Positions 19,970-28,209 of a DNA stretch of 64,000 nucleotides are shown here, one piece after another. The position numbers and the translations under genes are program-made. Where the stretch lies: the NCBI GenBank assembly GCA_015063605.1, contig SVTV01000014.1, forward strand, positions 3,038-67,037, read 5' to 3'. The stretch comes from Oscillospiraceae bacterium (lineage in GTDB: Bacteria > Bacillota > Clostridia > Oscillospirales > SIG627). The notes beneath the pieces were generated by a model. That model made no database searches, had not been told where the DNA came from, and was given only the letters and a program-made list of their open reading frames with translations. Position 1 is the first letter of the stretch; every line of letters begins with the position of its first letter.

Positions 19970-20370
19970 AGCTGCCGTCAGCTTCGGAAATAAAGCGAAA
20001 AGGAGACGCATATTTCAGAAGCAGAAGAACCGTACGAACGGATAAAAACGGATTACCCGTAAGGGATGATGAAGGAAACATTCTTTTCGGCAGTGATGCG
20101 CCCTATACCGTAACGGGATATGCAGAGGCTATCGGTCTTGGCACGGTAGAAGAGCTGTTCGTTTTCCCGGATGAAGAAAGACAGCTTCTTGTAAAAAAAG
20201 CTCTCCTCCGCATAGAAGCATATGCGGAGGAGCATCTTTTCAACAAGGATTCATTTCCAGGTGCGAAGCTTTTTCTCTCTGTCAATTTCAAACGATGGAG
20301 TGATAAAGTCGCTGAGGATGAAGGTATCGACGAGGAAGCGAAAAGCGCTTTAGATAAATGGGGGAAATGA
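19966..20370 (+). CDS. phage terminase small subunit
   Basis: 134 aa with ATGA coupling to the upstream gene. 'PYTVTGYAEAIGLGTVEEL...ALLRIEAYAEEHLF...NFKRWSDK' matches the HTH/oligomerisation pattern of TerS ('PYT.TGLA.ALG...E.YAE..L...NFGW.DK'). Confidence 0.7.
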   Translation: MKLPSASEIKRKGDAYFRSRRTVRTDKNGLPVRDDEGNILFGSDAPYTVTGYAEAIGLGTVEELFVFPDEERQLLVKKALLRIEAYAEEHLFNKDSFPGAKLFLSVNFKRWSDKVAEDEGIDEEAKSALDKWGK

Positions 20371-20373
20371 TGT

Positions 20374-20949
20374 TTATTTTTCGTAAAACTTTTTCGGCAA
20401 AAGCACAACACCGATGATACATATTACTATCTCGGGCAAAAGATATGTTATGTTATATACAAAGGAATATGTCCATGTTCCTACTGTTGTTACATATTCG
20501 TTCCAGCCCAGATTTTTTGTTATCTCATACCATATAAAACCGCCTACCGCAAAATGGGATATGAATCTCAAAATGCACACAGCCAATGCGCCAAGTGCAG
20601 CTCTGAGCTTGTGTGAGGCTATGGGAAGTGACCTTACAAAACCTGCCGCACCCAATACAGTAAAAGGCACGATATAGTCAAACAATGCACCGCATATAAC
20701 ACCAAAGGCAGAAGGGATATAAGAAAGATTTGATACTCCGAGAATAAGCTGTATGAACGAGTAACATAATCCGGACAAAATGCCCGCCATAATTCCTCTT
20801 CTGTAAGAGATCACGATTATGGGAACCATTGAAAAAAGTGTCACGGCTCCTCCCAAGGGAGCCTCCCATAATTTTATCATCGACAACACGGTTGCAAATG
20901 CCACCAACACAGCCGATTCAGTAAGTGAAATGATATTGGTCTTTCTCAT
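20374..20949 (-). CDS. thiT: ECF-transporter S component for thiamine
   Basis: 191 aa with GGAAAGG SD. It is a six-TM protein with 'ISYRRGIMAGILSG' and 'HFAVGGFIWY', resembling characterised ThiT. A TPP riboswitch directly precedes it. Confidence 0.85.
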   Translation of the reverse strand: MRKTNIISLTESAVLVAFATVLSMIKLWEAPLGGAVTLFSMVPIIVISYRRGIMAGILSGLCYSFIQLILGVSNLSYIPSAFGVICGALFDYIVPFTVLGAAGFVRSLPIASHKLRAALGALAVCILRFISHFAVGGFIWYEITKNLGWNEYVTTVGTWTYSFVYNITYLLPEIVICIIGVVLLPKKFYEK

Positions 20950-21064
20950 TTTTTAGACCTTTCCTTTCTTTTATAGGGATAAGGGCACAAAAAAACACCG
21001 TAACAAACACGGCGGAAACAAAAAAACGCGTTCACACGCGCACTCAAAAAATATATCTCTATAT

Positions 21065-21160
21065 TCTTCAAACTCCCTGCGCCGGTATTATCCATATCAG
21101 GTTTAAAGGGTTCGGTACACCGTCTCAGCCGCAGTAACGCAGCACCCCCGTTTCGTGATT
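21065..21160 (-). promoter_or_regulatory. TPP (THI-box) riboswitch
   Basis: The minus strand reads GGGGTGCTGCGTTACTGCGGCTGAGACGGTGTACCGAACCCTTTAAACCTGATATGGATAATACCGGCGCAGGGAG. It contains the conserved CTGAGA, ACCTGATCTGGATAATGCCAGCG-like and GGGA elements. Two short hairpin plus T-run terminators follow at 20985-21050. Confidence 0.9.
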
Positions 21161-21189
21161 ATTATATCAATAATTTCATCCTTTGTCAA
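21161..21189 (-). promoter_or_regulatory. consensus sigma-A promoter driving riboswitch-thiT
   Basis: The minus strand reads TTGACA (21189-21184), 17 nt, TATAAT (21166-21161). Confidence 0.75.
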
Positions 21190-21239
21190 GTGCATTTTTT
21201 CAAAACCGCTGATCGAGAATAATAAGCAAAGGTGATAAT

Positions 21240-22619
21240 TTGAATAAAAAAGAGAAATATATACGAAGCATAAAGCCTTACCCCCCTCAGGAAGCATTTT
21301 TTTCTGCTTCTGCAAGAAGGATCGCCTACGGGGGCGCAAGAGGAGGCGGAAAAAGCTATGCAATGAGGACAAAGCTGATACTTCTTGCGTTGAATATGGC
21401 GGGAATTCAGATACTGCTTCTCAGAAGGACTTTCCCCGAGCTTCGTGAAAATCACATCAACCCCATGAGAAAGCTTCTTTTCGGTATTGCGGTATATAAG
21501 GATACAACAAAGGAATTTGTTTTTCCCAATTCCAGCAGAATAAAGCTTGGGTATCTTGCCGATGATGGAGACGTACTCCAATATCAAGGTCAATCTTATG
21601 ATTGTGTTGCAATGGAGGAATCCACGCAATTTACAGAGCTTCAATACCTTGCCATGACGGAATGTTGCAGAGTGTCGGGATGCATGAGAGAGCATTTTGT
21701 TCCGAGAATGTATTTTACATGCAATCCCGGAGGTGTCGGTCATCAATGGATGAAGCGTCTTTTTATAGACAGGGATTACAGGCAGGGCGAGGACCCCGAC
21801 GATTATGTTTTCATCCGTTCAACGGTTTATGACAATGAATTTATAATCAAAAACAATCCGGAATATATAAAGACTCTTCAAAGTCTGCCTCCCATACGAA
21901 GAAAAGCTATGCTTGACGGAGATTGGAACGCATTTGAGGGACAGTTTTTTCCTGAATTCTCGTATGAGGCTCACGTTTGCAAGCCCTTTGATATTCCATC
22001 GGATTGGACAAGATTCGCAGCATTTGACTACGGCCTTGATATGACAGCATGTCTATGGTTTTGCTATCCGCCCGACAGAAGACACATTTATGTATACAGA
22101 GAATTCTGCCGTCCCGATCTTATCGTATCGGAAGCTGCGTCGGAAATATCACGTTTATCGAGAGGAGAGCGGATAAAATACTATTCCGCCAGCCCCGATC
22201 TTGCGGGAAGACGTCAGGAAAGCGGATGTTCGGGGTTCGACCTTATGGCTAAGGCGGGGCTCCGCGGTATAGTCAGCGCTAACAATGAGCGTATCAACGG
22301 TTGGCGCAGGGTGAGGGAATATTTGAAATACTCCGAAGACGGAATAAAAATGCCTATATTGCAAATATTTGCATCTTGCACAGATCTGATACGTTCTATT
22401 CCCGCTCTCCTTTTTGACAAGGTAAAAACAGAGGACGCATCTGTACATCCTCATGAATTTACGCATTCCACGGATGCACTGAGATACGGTATAATGTCTC
22501 TCCCGCTTTTTTCCTCGGAAAAAGAAAAAAATGAAAAATCAAGAAAGCGTTCCGTAGAGGAGGACTTTTTCGGTGTCTCTTCCCGTCACGAAAGTTATTT
22601 TGATTTTCTCAAAAGATAA
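21240..22619 (+). CDS. phage terminase large subunit
   Basis: 459 aa with a TTG start and AAGGTGA SD. Walker A 'GGARGGGKSYA', and a C-terminal nuclease-domain-like 'HSTDALRYG'. Confidence 0.9.
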   Translation: MNKKEKYIRSIKPYPPQEAFFSASARRIAYGGARGGGKSYAMRTKLILLALNMAGIQILLLRRTFPELRENHINPMRKLLFGIAVYKDTTKEFVFPNSSRIKLGYLADDGDVLQYQGQSYDCVAMEESTQFTELQYLAMTECCRVSGCMREHFVPRMYFTCNPGGVGHQWMKRLFIDRDYRQGEDPDDYVFIRSTVYDNEFIIKNNPEYIKTLQSLPPIRRKAMLDGDWNAFEGQFFPEFSYEAHVCKPFDIPSDWTRFAAFDYGLDMTACLWFCYPPDRRHIYVYREFCRPDLIVSEAASEISRLSRGERIKYYSASPDLAGRRQESGCSGFDLMAKAGLRGIVSANNERINGWRRVREYLKYSEDGIKMPILQIFASCTDLIRSIPALLFDKVKTEDASVHPHEFTHSTDALRYGIMSLPLFSSEKEKNEKSRKRSVEEDFFGVSSRHESYFDFLKR

Positions 22620-22623
22620 AAAA

Positions 22624-22668
22624 GCAGAAGCCACCCTAAGATAATAAAAGGATGGCTTCTGTATTTTT
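22624..22668. terminator. bidirectional terminator between convergent terL and the surface-protein operon
   Basis: 9-bp stem CAGAAGCCA/TGGCTTCTG with an A-tract upstream and a T-tract downstream. Confidence 0.7.
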
Positions 22669-22679
22669 GTTATTAGTAT

Positions 22680-24008
22680 TTATTTCTCTAAAGCTTTTCT
22701 TAATGTGATAATCATCATAACGGCAAGCGATATTACGGATACCGCTATAAGCCACACGGAATTATTGTCGGAAAAATCCTTTATGGGATCGATACTATCC
22801 GAAGGGGTCTGTTCTTCTGTAATATTTTCTTCCGGATCATTTGCATTTCCCTCTTCACCTGTATTCACCTTGTCGTTTTCTTCTGACTTCGGCTTTTCGG
22901 TGAGATAGTCGGCTTTCAGGGCTTCTATTTTCTTTTCGATCTCCAAATAAGGAGCTTCGGAATACTTATATGTGGCTTCGGTAACATCAAAGCCCGATAC
23001 CCTGCCCTTCACCTTTGCGGATTCGGTATGAAAAAGCCTTGTTTCTTCCATTGTTCCGCCGGGATTACCGTTTATCTTTCCGACAGATGCACCTGAAACA
23101 TAGCACGAAAAAGCATCACCCGTACCGCCCGAAAGTGATTTTGATTCCACGGTCGTTACAGTGCCTTTATCAAGATATACATCCACATCGCCTTTGCCGA
23201 TGGAATAAGCGGAATGAACGGTCTTTACGGAACCGGTCGTATTTACGTAAAGACTTGCTTTATCAATAAAGATACTGCTCAAGGGACCGACTGCAATATA
23301 ACCTGTTATACTTGCGTTCCCTAATATATAATACGAATATTCGGGTCTTCCCTTTGAGTAAGGCGTACTGGGACCGAAAAGGAAGCTCCATGATCCCGAT
23401 TTGAATACGATGTAATCGTTTTCGGGGTCGCTTTCACGCTCCTGCGTATCATACGGGCTTAAGCCTGTATGGAAGTATGTAGACGAACCCGAGTCACATC
23501 CGTCACCCATTACAAGCGGGTAACCGTTGGAATAGATACGCTTATATACATAAGAATTACCGTACTCATCCTTTTCGGCAAAGGAAAAGTAAATATTTTC
23601 GAAAATAGTGGGACCGCCCATCGTCCATGTTGCAGACGATCTGGAGACGGAAAAGCGTATCTTCTTTCTGTCAGCGGGATCCTCGCTTCGAATGGTGATG
23701 CACTTTTTGTGCTCAGGGTTTACAACATTGAGAGTAAGATCATATGTTATATCGGGCATAACGCCAACATATTCATTCACAAGATCTATGTCTGACAGAA
23801 GGACTATTTCTCCACCCGTATCCTTTAGATCTTCAATGGCGACCGAAAGCCTTCCGAATGGATAGTCTCGACTTCCGTCCCCGTTTGAAGCCTGACCGTA
23901 AGCTTCAACATAGACTATACGTTTACCGTCAGCGGCAAAAGCCGTAAACGGAAGCATGGAAAGCATAAATAATACTGCAAAAACTACGGCAAAAAATCTA
24001 TTTTTCAT
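22680..24008 (-). CDS. exported, C-terminally membrane-anchored beta-helix-like protein
   Basis: 442 aa with signal peptide 'MLSMLPFTAFA'. 'NGDGSRDYPFGRLSVAIEDL' is an entry motif typical of right-handed beta-helix proteins. An acidic linker precedes a TM helix and 'RKALEK'. Confidence 0.6.
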   Translation of the reverse strand: MKNRFFAVVFAVLFMLSMLPFTAFAADGKRIVYVEAYGQASNGDGSRDYPFGRLSVAIEDLKDTGGEIVLLSDIDLVNEYVGVMPDITYDLTLNVVNPEHKKCITIRSEDPADRKKIRFSVSRSSATWTMGGPTIFENIYFSFAEKDEYGNSYVYKRIYSNGYPLVMGDGCDSGSSTYFHTGLSPYDTQERESDPENDYIVFKSGSWSFLFGPSTPYSKGRPEYSYYILGNASITGYIAVGPLSSIFIDKASLYVNTTGSVKTVHSAYSIGKGDVDVYLDKGTVTTVESKSLSGGTGDAFSCYVSGASVGKINGNPGGTMEETRLFHTESAKVKGRVSGFDVTEATYKYSEAPYLEIEKKIEALKADYLTEKPKSEENDKVNTGEEGNANDPEENITEEQTPSDSIDPIKDFSDNNSVWLIAVSVISLAVMMIITLRKALEK

Positions 24009-24031
24009 TTTGTCGTTCCTTTTTAAAATTT

Positions 24032-25153
24032 TTAGTATGGATATTGTTCCTTTATTACATCACTAATGAAGCAAGGCTTGTATCCGTTTTCGGATGCCCA
24101 TGCGCAAGCCGTTCTTATCTTGTTTTCATAATCCGGCTGATAAGCGGAAAAACGAGGGTAGAAATACTGCTCATGTGTTACGAAATTCATAATACCCGCT
24201 TCGGTGGGACGTTCATCTCTCAGATAATTGAGGCGTGGTCTTATATCCTCAAGCTTGAATGCATCTATTACCATCTTATCCTTGGAGAATATTATTCCCT
24301 CTTTGTTATCGACCCAGAAGTCCCTGTCGAAGCAATGGAGAGTCTGCTCCTTATTGAGATAGTAGGATACATAAGGATCGCCGTTGGAATCGAATACATA
24401 GTAACCTACAAGGCAGTTTATTCCGCAGGCTCGGAGAGCTCTTGCACCTTCTACCGTGGTTTCACCGTAGTGAAGTCCGTTTGCAGATGTATTCATTACC
24501 TCGGGGCCTGCAAATCTAAGTATCTCATTGGTTACGAGATTATAGTCTCTGTAAAGAACGGAATAAGGGGAGAAACGGTATATTCTGGAAGGCTCGTTTG
24601 CATAGGCATGGAACGTAAGCTTCAGCCAATTGCTGTTTTCCGTAAACTCTTCCTTATAGCAATCGGGCATCATGGTAAGATCGAAGCCCTCCATATCCGT
24701 GTAATATATATTCATATGCACGCAGGTCTTGAAATCATCATGAAGTCTCTTGAAAAGGGCGAAAAAAGGAGATTGAAATATAGACTTATACTCATCCTTT
24801 TTCTCGGCAAGCTCACGCATAGACCAGATTATATCGTCGATGGCGAGACGGTACTTTTTATAAGCGTTCTTGAATCTGTATACGTATATTACTTGGGAAA
24901 CGGTCTCTCCGTCCTTTTCGGCTCTTGCATCAAGGGCATTTCTGTAGCCGTCGATGGAAAGAGTGATCTCATAAACAGCGTTACCGTCTTCTCCTCTTTC
25001 AACAAAAACCGCTTCTTCTTCGTTCACGGTAACACGGCTTTCAGCAGGTGCCGAAAGCTTTGCTTTTACTTTAAGGCTCTCGCCTATCAATTCTCCGTCA
25101 GCCGGCATAAGAACATCGCCGTCAATGGGAAATAAAAATCTTATATCGTTCAT
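24032..25153 (-). CDS. hypothetical cytoplasmic protein (possible glycoside hydrolase/deacetylase-like barrel)
   Basis: 373 aa with GGAGG SD and no signal peptide. It lies 24 nt upstream of the 442-aa gene. The fold guess is weak. Confidence 0.55.
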   Translation of the reverse strand: MNDIRFLFPIDGDVLMPADGELIGESLKVKAKLSAPAESRVTVNEEEAVFVERGEDGNAVYEITLSIDGYRNALDARAEKDGETVSQVIYVYRFKNAYKKYRLAIDDIIWSMRELAEKKDEYKSIFQSPFFALFKRLHDDFKTCVHMNIYYTDMEGFDLTMMPDCYKEEFTENSNWLKLTFHAYANEPSRIYRFSPYSVLYRDYNLVTNEILRFAGPEVMNTSANGLHYGETTVEGARALRACGINCLVGYYVFDSNGDPYVSYYLNKEQTLHCFDRDFWVDNKEGIIFSKDKMVIDAFKLEDIRPRLNYLRDERPTEAGIMNFVTHEQYFYPRFSAYQPDYENKIRTACAWASENGYKPCFISDVIKEQYPY

Positions 25154-25221
25154 AATTGCCTCCGTATGTCACAGATAAATATTGAAACAATGTATAATTT
25201 AAAAAAAATCAAAAATTAGGC

Positions 25222-25250
25222 TTGACAAAAGCGCACAGATATGATAAAAT
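25222..25250 (+). promoter_or_regulatory. promoter of tRNA-Thr
   Basis: TTGACA, 17 nt, TAAAAT, ending 30 nt before the tRNA. Confidence 0.7.
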
Positions 25251-25279
25251 AAATCTGTTGCAGACAAAAACATTCGTGT

Positions 25280-25354
25280 GCTGGTGTGGCTCAGGGGCAG
25301 AGCAGTTGATTCGTAATCAACAGGTCGAGGGTTCAAATCCCTCCACCAGCTCCA
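25280..25354 (+). tRNA. tRNA-Thr (anticodon CGU), CCA encoded
   Basis: A full cloverleaf was folded by hand: acceptor GCTGGTG/CACCAGC, D arm GCTC/GAGC, anticodon stem GTTGA/TCAAC with loop TTCGTAA, T arm GAGGG-TTCAAAT-CCCTC, discriminator T plus CCA. Confidence 0.95.
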
Positions 25355-25360
25355 CATAGG

Positions 25361-25389
25361 CAAGCTTCGTAAGGAGGCTTGTCTTTTTT
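25361..25389 (+). terminator. intrinsic terminator of tRNA-Thr
   Basis: 8-bp stem CAAGCTTC/GAGGCTTG (one G-U pair), 5-nt loop, then TCTTTTTT. Confidence 0.75.
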
Positions 25390-25405
25390 ATTTGGTACTT
25401 TTCAT

Positions 25406-26068
25406 TCAGCCCTTAATAAGAGTATATCTGTCGTTTCTGAGAGCTTGTGCAAGCTCTTTTTCATTTTTTATATTGTCAAAAAAGTCGGCTCCGCCGCAGA
25501 ATTTATCGACGCTCTGATGGTAATCGGATCCTGAGATCTTATGAAGTCCGAACATCTCCGCCCATCTTTCTGCTATCTCGTTTCTGGAATCGTGGCGGAT
25601 ATTCCCGTTGAACACCTCGATACCGAAAAGCTTTTTGGGAGGTGTTATCGTCATGCTGTTTCTAAATGGATGCGCCTGATAAACAACTGCGTTCTCAGGT
25701 ATCTCCTTCATTGCTTCATCGAATGTCATTCTGTAAAGAAGCGGAGCATTATACAGAAATTCTTCGTCTATTCCGTAGATAAGGTAGTCGTTATAGGATG
25801 TGGGAGCGCAAAAAAGCTCTATTCCGAGAAAGACCTTCAAGCCTATTTTTTCCCCCTGTTCCTTTGCAGCCCTATAGCCTCTGAGGTAAATGTCTACTAT
25901 GTCCTTCTTTTCCTCACAACCGCAATTATCAAGAAGCGCAGGGCTGAAATGGTCTGTTATTACTAATCCGTCATAGCCCGATTCCTTGCAGACATTCACT
26001 ACATCAATTGCATTGACATGACCGCATCGGCTGGCTTCCTTTGTATGTGCGTGTAATTCGATTCTCAT
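25406..26068 (-). CDS. PHP-domain metal-dependent phosphoesterase
   Basis: 220 aa with ATGA overlap to the upstream gene. 'MRIELHAHTKEAS' matches the PHP motif I H-x-H; 'ITDH', 'AHP' and 'GSDYH' are also present. Confidence 0.8.
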   Translation of the reverse strand: MRIELHAHTKEASRCGHVNAIDVVNVCKESGYDGLVITDHFSPALLDNCGCEEKKDIVDIYLRGYRAAKEQGEKIGLKVFLGIELFCAPTSYNDYLIYGIDEEFLYNAPLLYRMTFDEAMKEIPENAVVYQAHPFRNSMTITPPKKLFGIEVFNGNIRHDSRNEIAERWAEMFGLHKISGSDYHQSVDKFCGGADFFDNIKNEKELAQALRNDRYTLIKG

Positions 26069-27474
26069 AATTTGTTTTTTCCTTGGTCTTTTAAATTATA
26101 TAAGTCTTTATTGTTCTTTTTTCGATAAGATAAGCCTACTGTGAGCATTGAGAACAATGCTGCAAAAGCATAAAATGTTATACTGTCACCCGTAAAGGGA
26201 TTATCATCGTTTTCCAGTTCTTCAGCTGTTTTCGGTCTTTCGGCAACTGCATAATAATCCGTGCCGTATGGAGCAAAAAAGTAGATATCGCAAATGGAAG
26301 AGCGCAATCTCATATCAACATGGGTGACAATTTTTACTTTTTCTATACTTTCAATCTCGGTTTCATAATCGAACACGTGAGCAAAAAGACCTATTTCATC
26401 GTGTGGAAGCTTTTCAAAGCCTCCTGCAGTTATATGTATAAAGTTACCCTTACCATTAACGGTAATTATGCTTTCGCAGTTTTTATAAAGCTTTCGCTTA
26501 TCCTTATCGTCGATAAATTCTGTGTCGTATTCCTTTTCATAGGAAGAAAAATTGTCTCCCTGCTCATAGCCCAACGACGTTGAATACACAGGTCTTGATC
26601 CGCCGTTGGAATCCGCTGTAACGCTTCCCGTTACCTCTCCTCCATGGTTGATAAACGTAAAGCTTCCCGTTATATGCTTCGCCTGACCTCCGCCCCAGAC
26701 CGTTCCCACGGTTCCGCCTGGCAGAAGCACAAGAGCAGTATCGGCGCTTACACGTCCGAGACCGCTTCCCCAGACAGTTTCAACGGATGCGCCCTTACCG
26801 ATAAAGAGAGCTGTATTGATACTTCCCGAATCAGCGGGAGTATACGGGTCATAAGCGAGAAAAGCATGGGAAAAGCTTCCCGAATATATTTCCGCAAATC
26901 CGCAGACGTAGAGATTGACGGGACCGTCACTCAAGAAAACAACATTCTCGTTTATCTTCAGATGGGAATCTTTTCCGAAGCTGCAAAATACCGGTCTTCC
27001 CTTTCCCCATGAAAAGCCGACATTTTCGTATTCCGTAATGCCGTAATTCATAAAGCAGAATCCCGATGAAGCATTTTCAAAGGAGATAACACCGTCTCCG
27101 TCAGATGTAACGGTGATACTTCCGCTGTGCCTCGGGTAGGGTATGTAATACATATCCGTTTCATCGGTCTCGATGATATTTCCGTCTTCGCCCTCCTTTT
27201 TCAATTTGGCATTCGGCACATATCCGTTCACCTTGCCGATGATATGCACAGTACCGCCATTCGGAAGAGCCGAGAAAGCTTCAAAAAGGTCGCTGAAGGG
27301 AGATTCCTTAGTTCCGTCGCCGTGTCCGCCGGCTTTTTCGGAAACGAACACCTCTTTTATTTGATTATCTTCTTCTGCCCCGTATGTAAAAGGAGAAAGG
27401 CAGAAAACAAAAAGAATTACAAAAAGCAAAGCGGTAATGCGCTTTACCGTGTAACAGTTGAAAATATTATTCAT
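26065..27474 (-). CDS. exported beta-helix-like surface protein with sortase-type C-terminal sorting signal
   Basis: 469 aa with signal peptide '...SPFTYGA'. 'GHGDGTKESPFSDLFEAFSAL' is paralogous to the 442-aa protein. The C-terminus reads 'NPFTG', then a hydrophobic helix, then 'RKKNNK'. Confidence 0.65.
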   Translation of the reverse strand: MNNIFNCYTVKRITALLFVILFVFCLSPFTYGAEEDNQIKEVFVSEKAGGHGDGTKESPFSDLFEAFSALPNGGTVHIIGKVNGYVPNAKLKKEGEDGNIIETDETDMYYIPYPRHSGSITVTSDGDGVISFENASSGFCFMNYGITEYENVGFSWGKGRPVFCSFGKDSHLKINENVVFLSDGPVNLYVCGFAEIYSGSFSHAFLAYDPYTPADSGSINTALFIGKGASVETVWGSGLGRVSADTALVLLPGGTVGTVWGGGQAKHITGSFTFINHGGEVTGSVTADSNGGSRPVYSTSLGYEQGDNFSSYEKEYDTEFIDDKDKRKLYKNCESIITVNGKGNFIHITAGGFEKLPHDEIGLFAHVFDYETEIESIEKVKIVTHVDMRLRSSICDIYFFAPYGTDYYAVAERPKTAEELENDDNPFTGDSITFYAFAALFSMLTVGLSYRKKNNKDLYNLKDQGKNKL

Positions 27475-28153
27475 ACACCTTCAAAGTTTCTCCCATATTG
27501 AGAGTAATGTTCATATTACCGTTCAGACATCTGAGACTGTCGATAAATTCCTTGGGATCGGTATCCTTTTCAAGGATGACCTTATATGTTATTTCAAAAA
27601 CAGTACCGAATTCCGCCGTCTTTACCTTGAGAAGCTTATAATGGGATGTATAATCGTCGAGGACAAGATCGAATTTTTCGGTAAAGTTCATATTTTCGGG
27701 AACAACGATCTTCAAAAGCATTTCTCTGTCATTGCTTCTGAGACGTGATATGCAATGAGCGATAACAAATACACAGGAAAGAAGAACGGAAAAGAGAGCG
27801 GCATATCCGAAATAACCCATTCCGCAAGCCATACCTATACCGAGAGCCGAGAAGGTATATGCCATATCGAGGGGCTCTCCCGCAATACTTCTGAATCGTA
27901 TAATGGAAAACGCTCCCGCAAGAGTAAATGCTCTCGCAACATTGTCGCCTATGAGCATAATTATCAGAGTGACAACGGCGGGAAATATTATCAATGTTAC
28001 GGCAAAGCCGTTTTTCGTGAAAATATTACGGTGTGTAATGTGATATGCAAGAGCGATAAGAGCTCCCATTGCAAGTGCCGATAAAAGAGAGATTATCACT
28101 GCCGTTATATCTATTGCGGTTGTAAACTGTTGTGCGAATATCTGATCAAGCAT
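27467..28153 (-). CDS. DUF4956 membrane protein
   Basis: 228 aa with multiple TM helices. 'ARAFTLAGAFSIIRFRS' is the core motif as I recall it for DUF4956. It overlaps the downstream gene by 8 nt. Confidence 0.75.
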   Translation of the reverse strand: MLDQIFAQQFTTAIDITAVIISLLSALAMGALIALAYHITHRNIFTKNGFAVTLIIFPAVVTLIIMLIGDNVARAFTLAGAFSIIRFRSIAGEPLDMAYTFSALGIGMACGMGYFGYAALFSVLLSCVFVIAHCISRLRSNDREMLLKIVVPENMNFTEKFDLVLDDYTSHYKLLKVKTAEFGTVFEITYKVILEKDTDPKEFIDSLRCLNGNMNITLNMGETLKVYE

Positions 28154-28209
28154 GATTTTCGATCGTGACCTTTCTGTTATGTAAGCAAAGAAGCTTAGTC
28201 CTGGTAAGA

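Larger units (their letters stand above)
16004..22619 (+). mobile_element. prophage remnant (tail-fiber module, lysis module, terS/terL only)
   Basis: This is a contiguous run of phage-type genes. No portal, capsid, tail tube, tape-measure, integrase or repressor ORFs are present, and host genes flank both sides. Confidence 0.65.

Noticed and set aside
24044-25135. 363-aa plus-strand ORF nearly coextensive with the 373-aa minus-strand gene
   Set aside because: The plus-frame product is Cys/Ile/Phe-rich nonsense without an SD. The minus-strand ORF has a GGAGG SD and normal globular composition.
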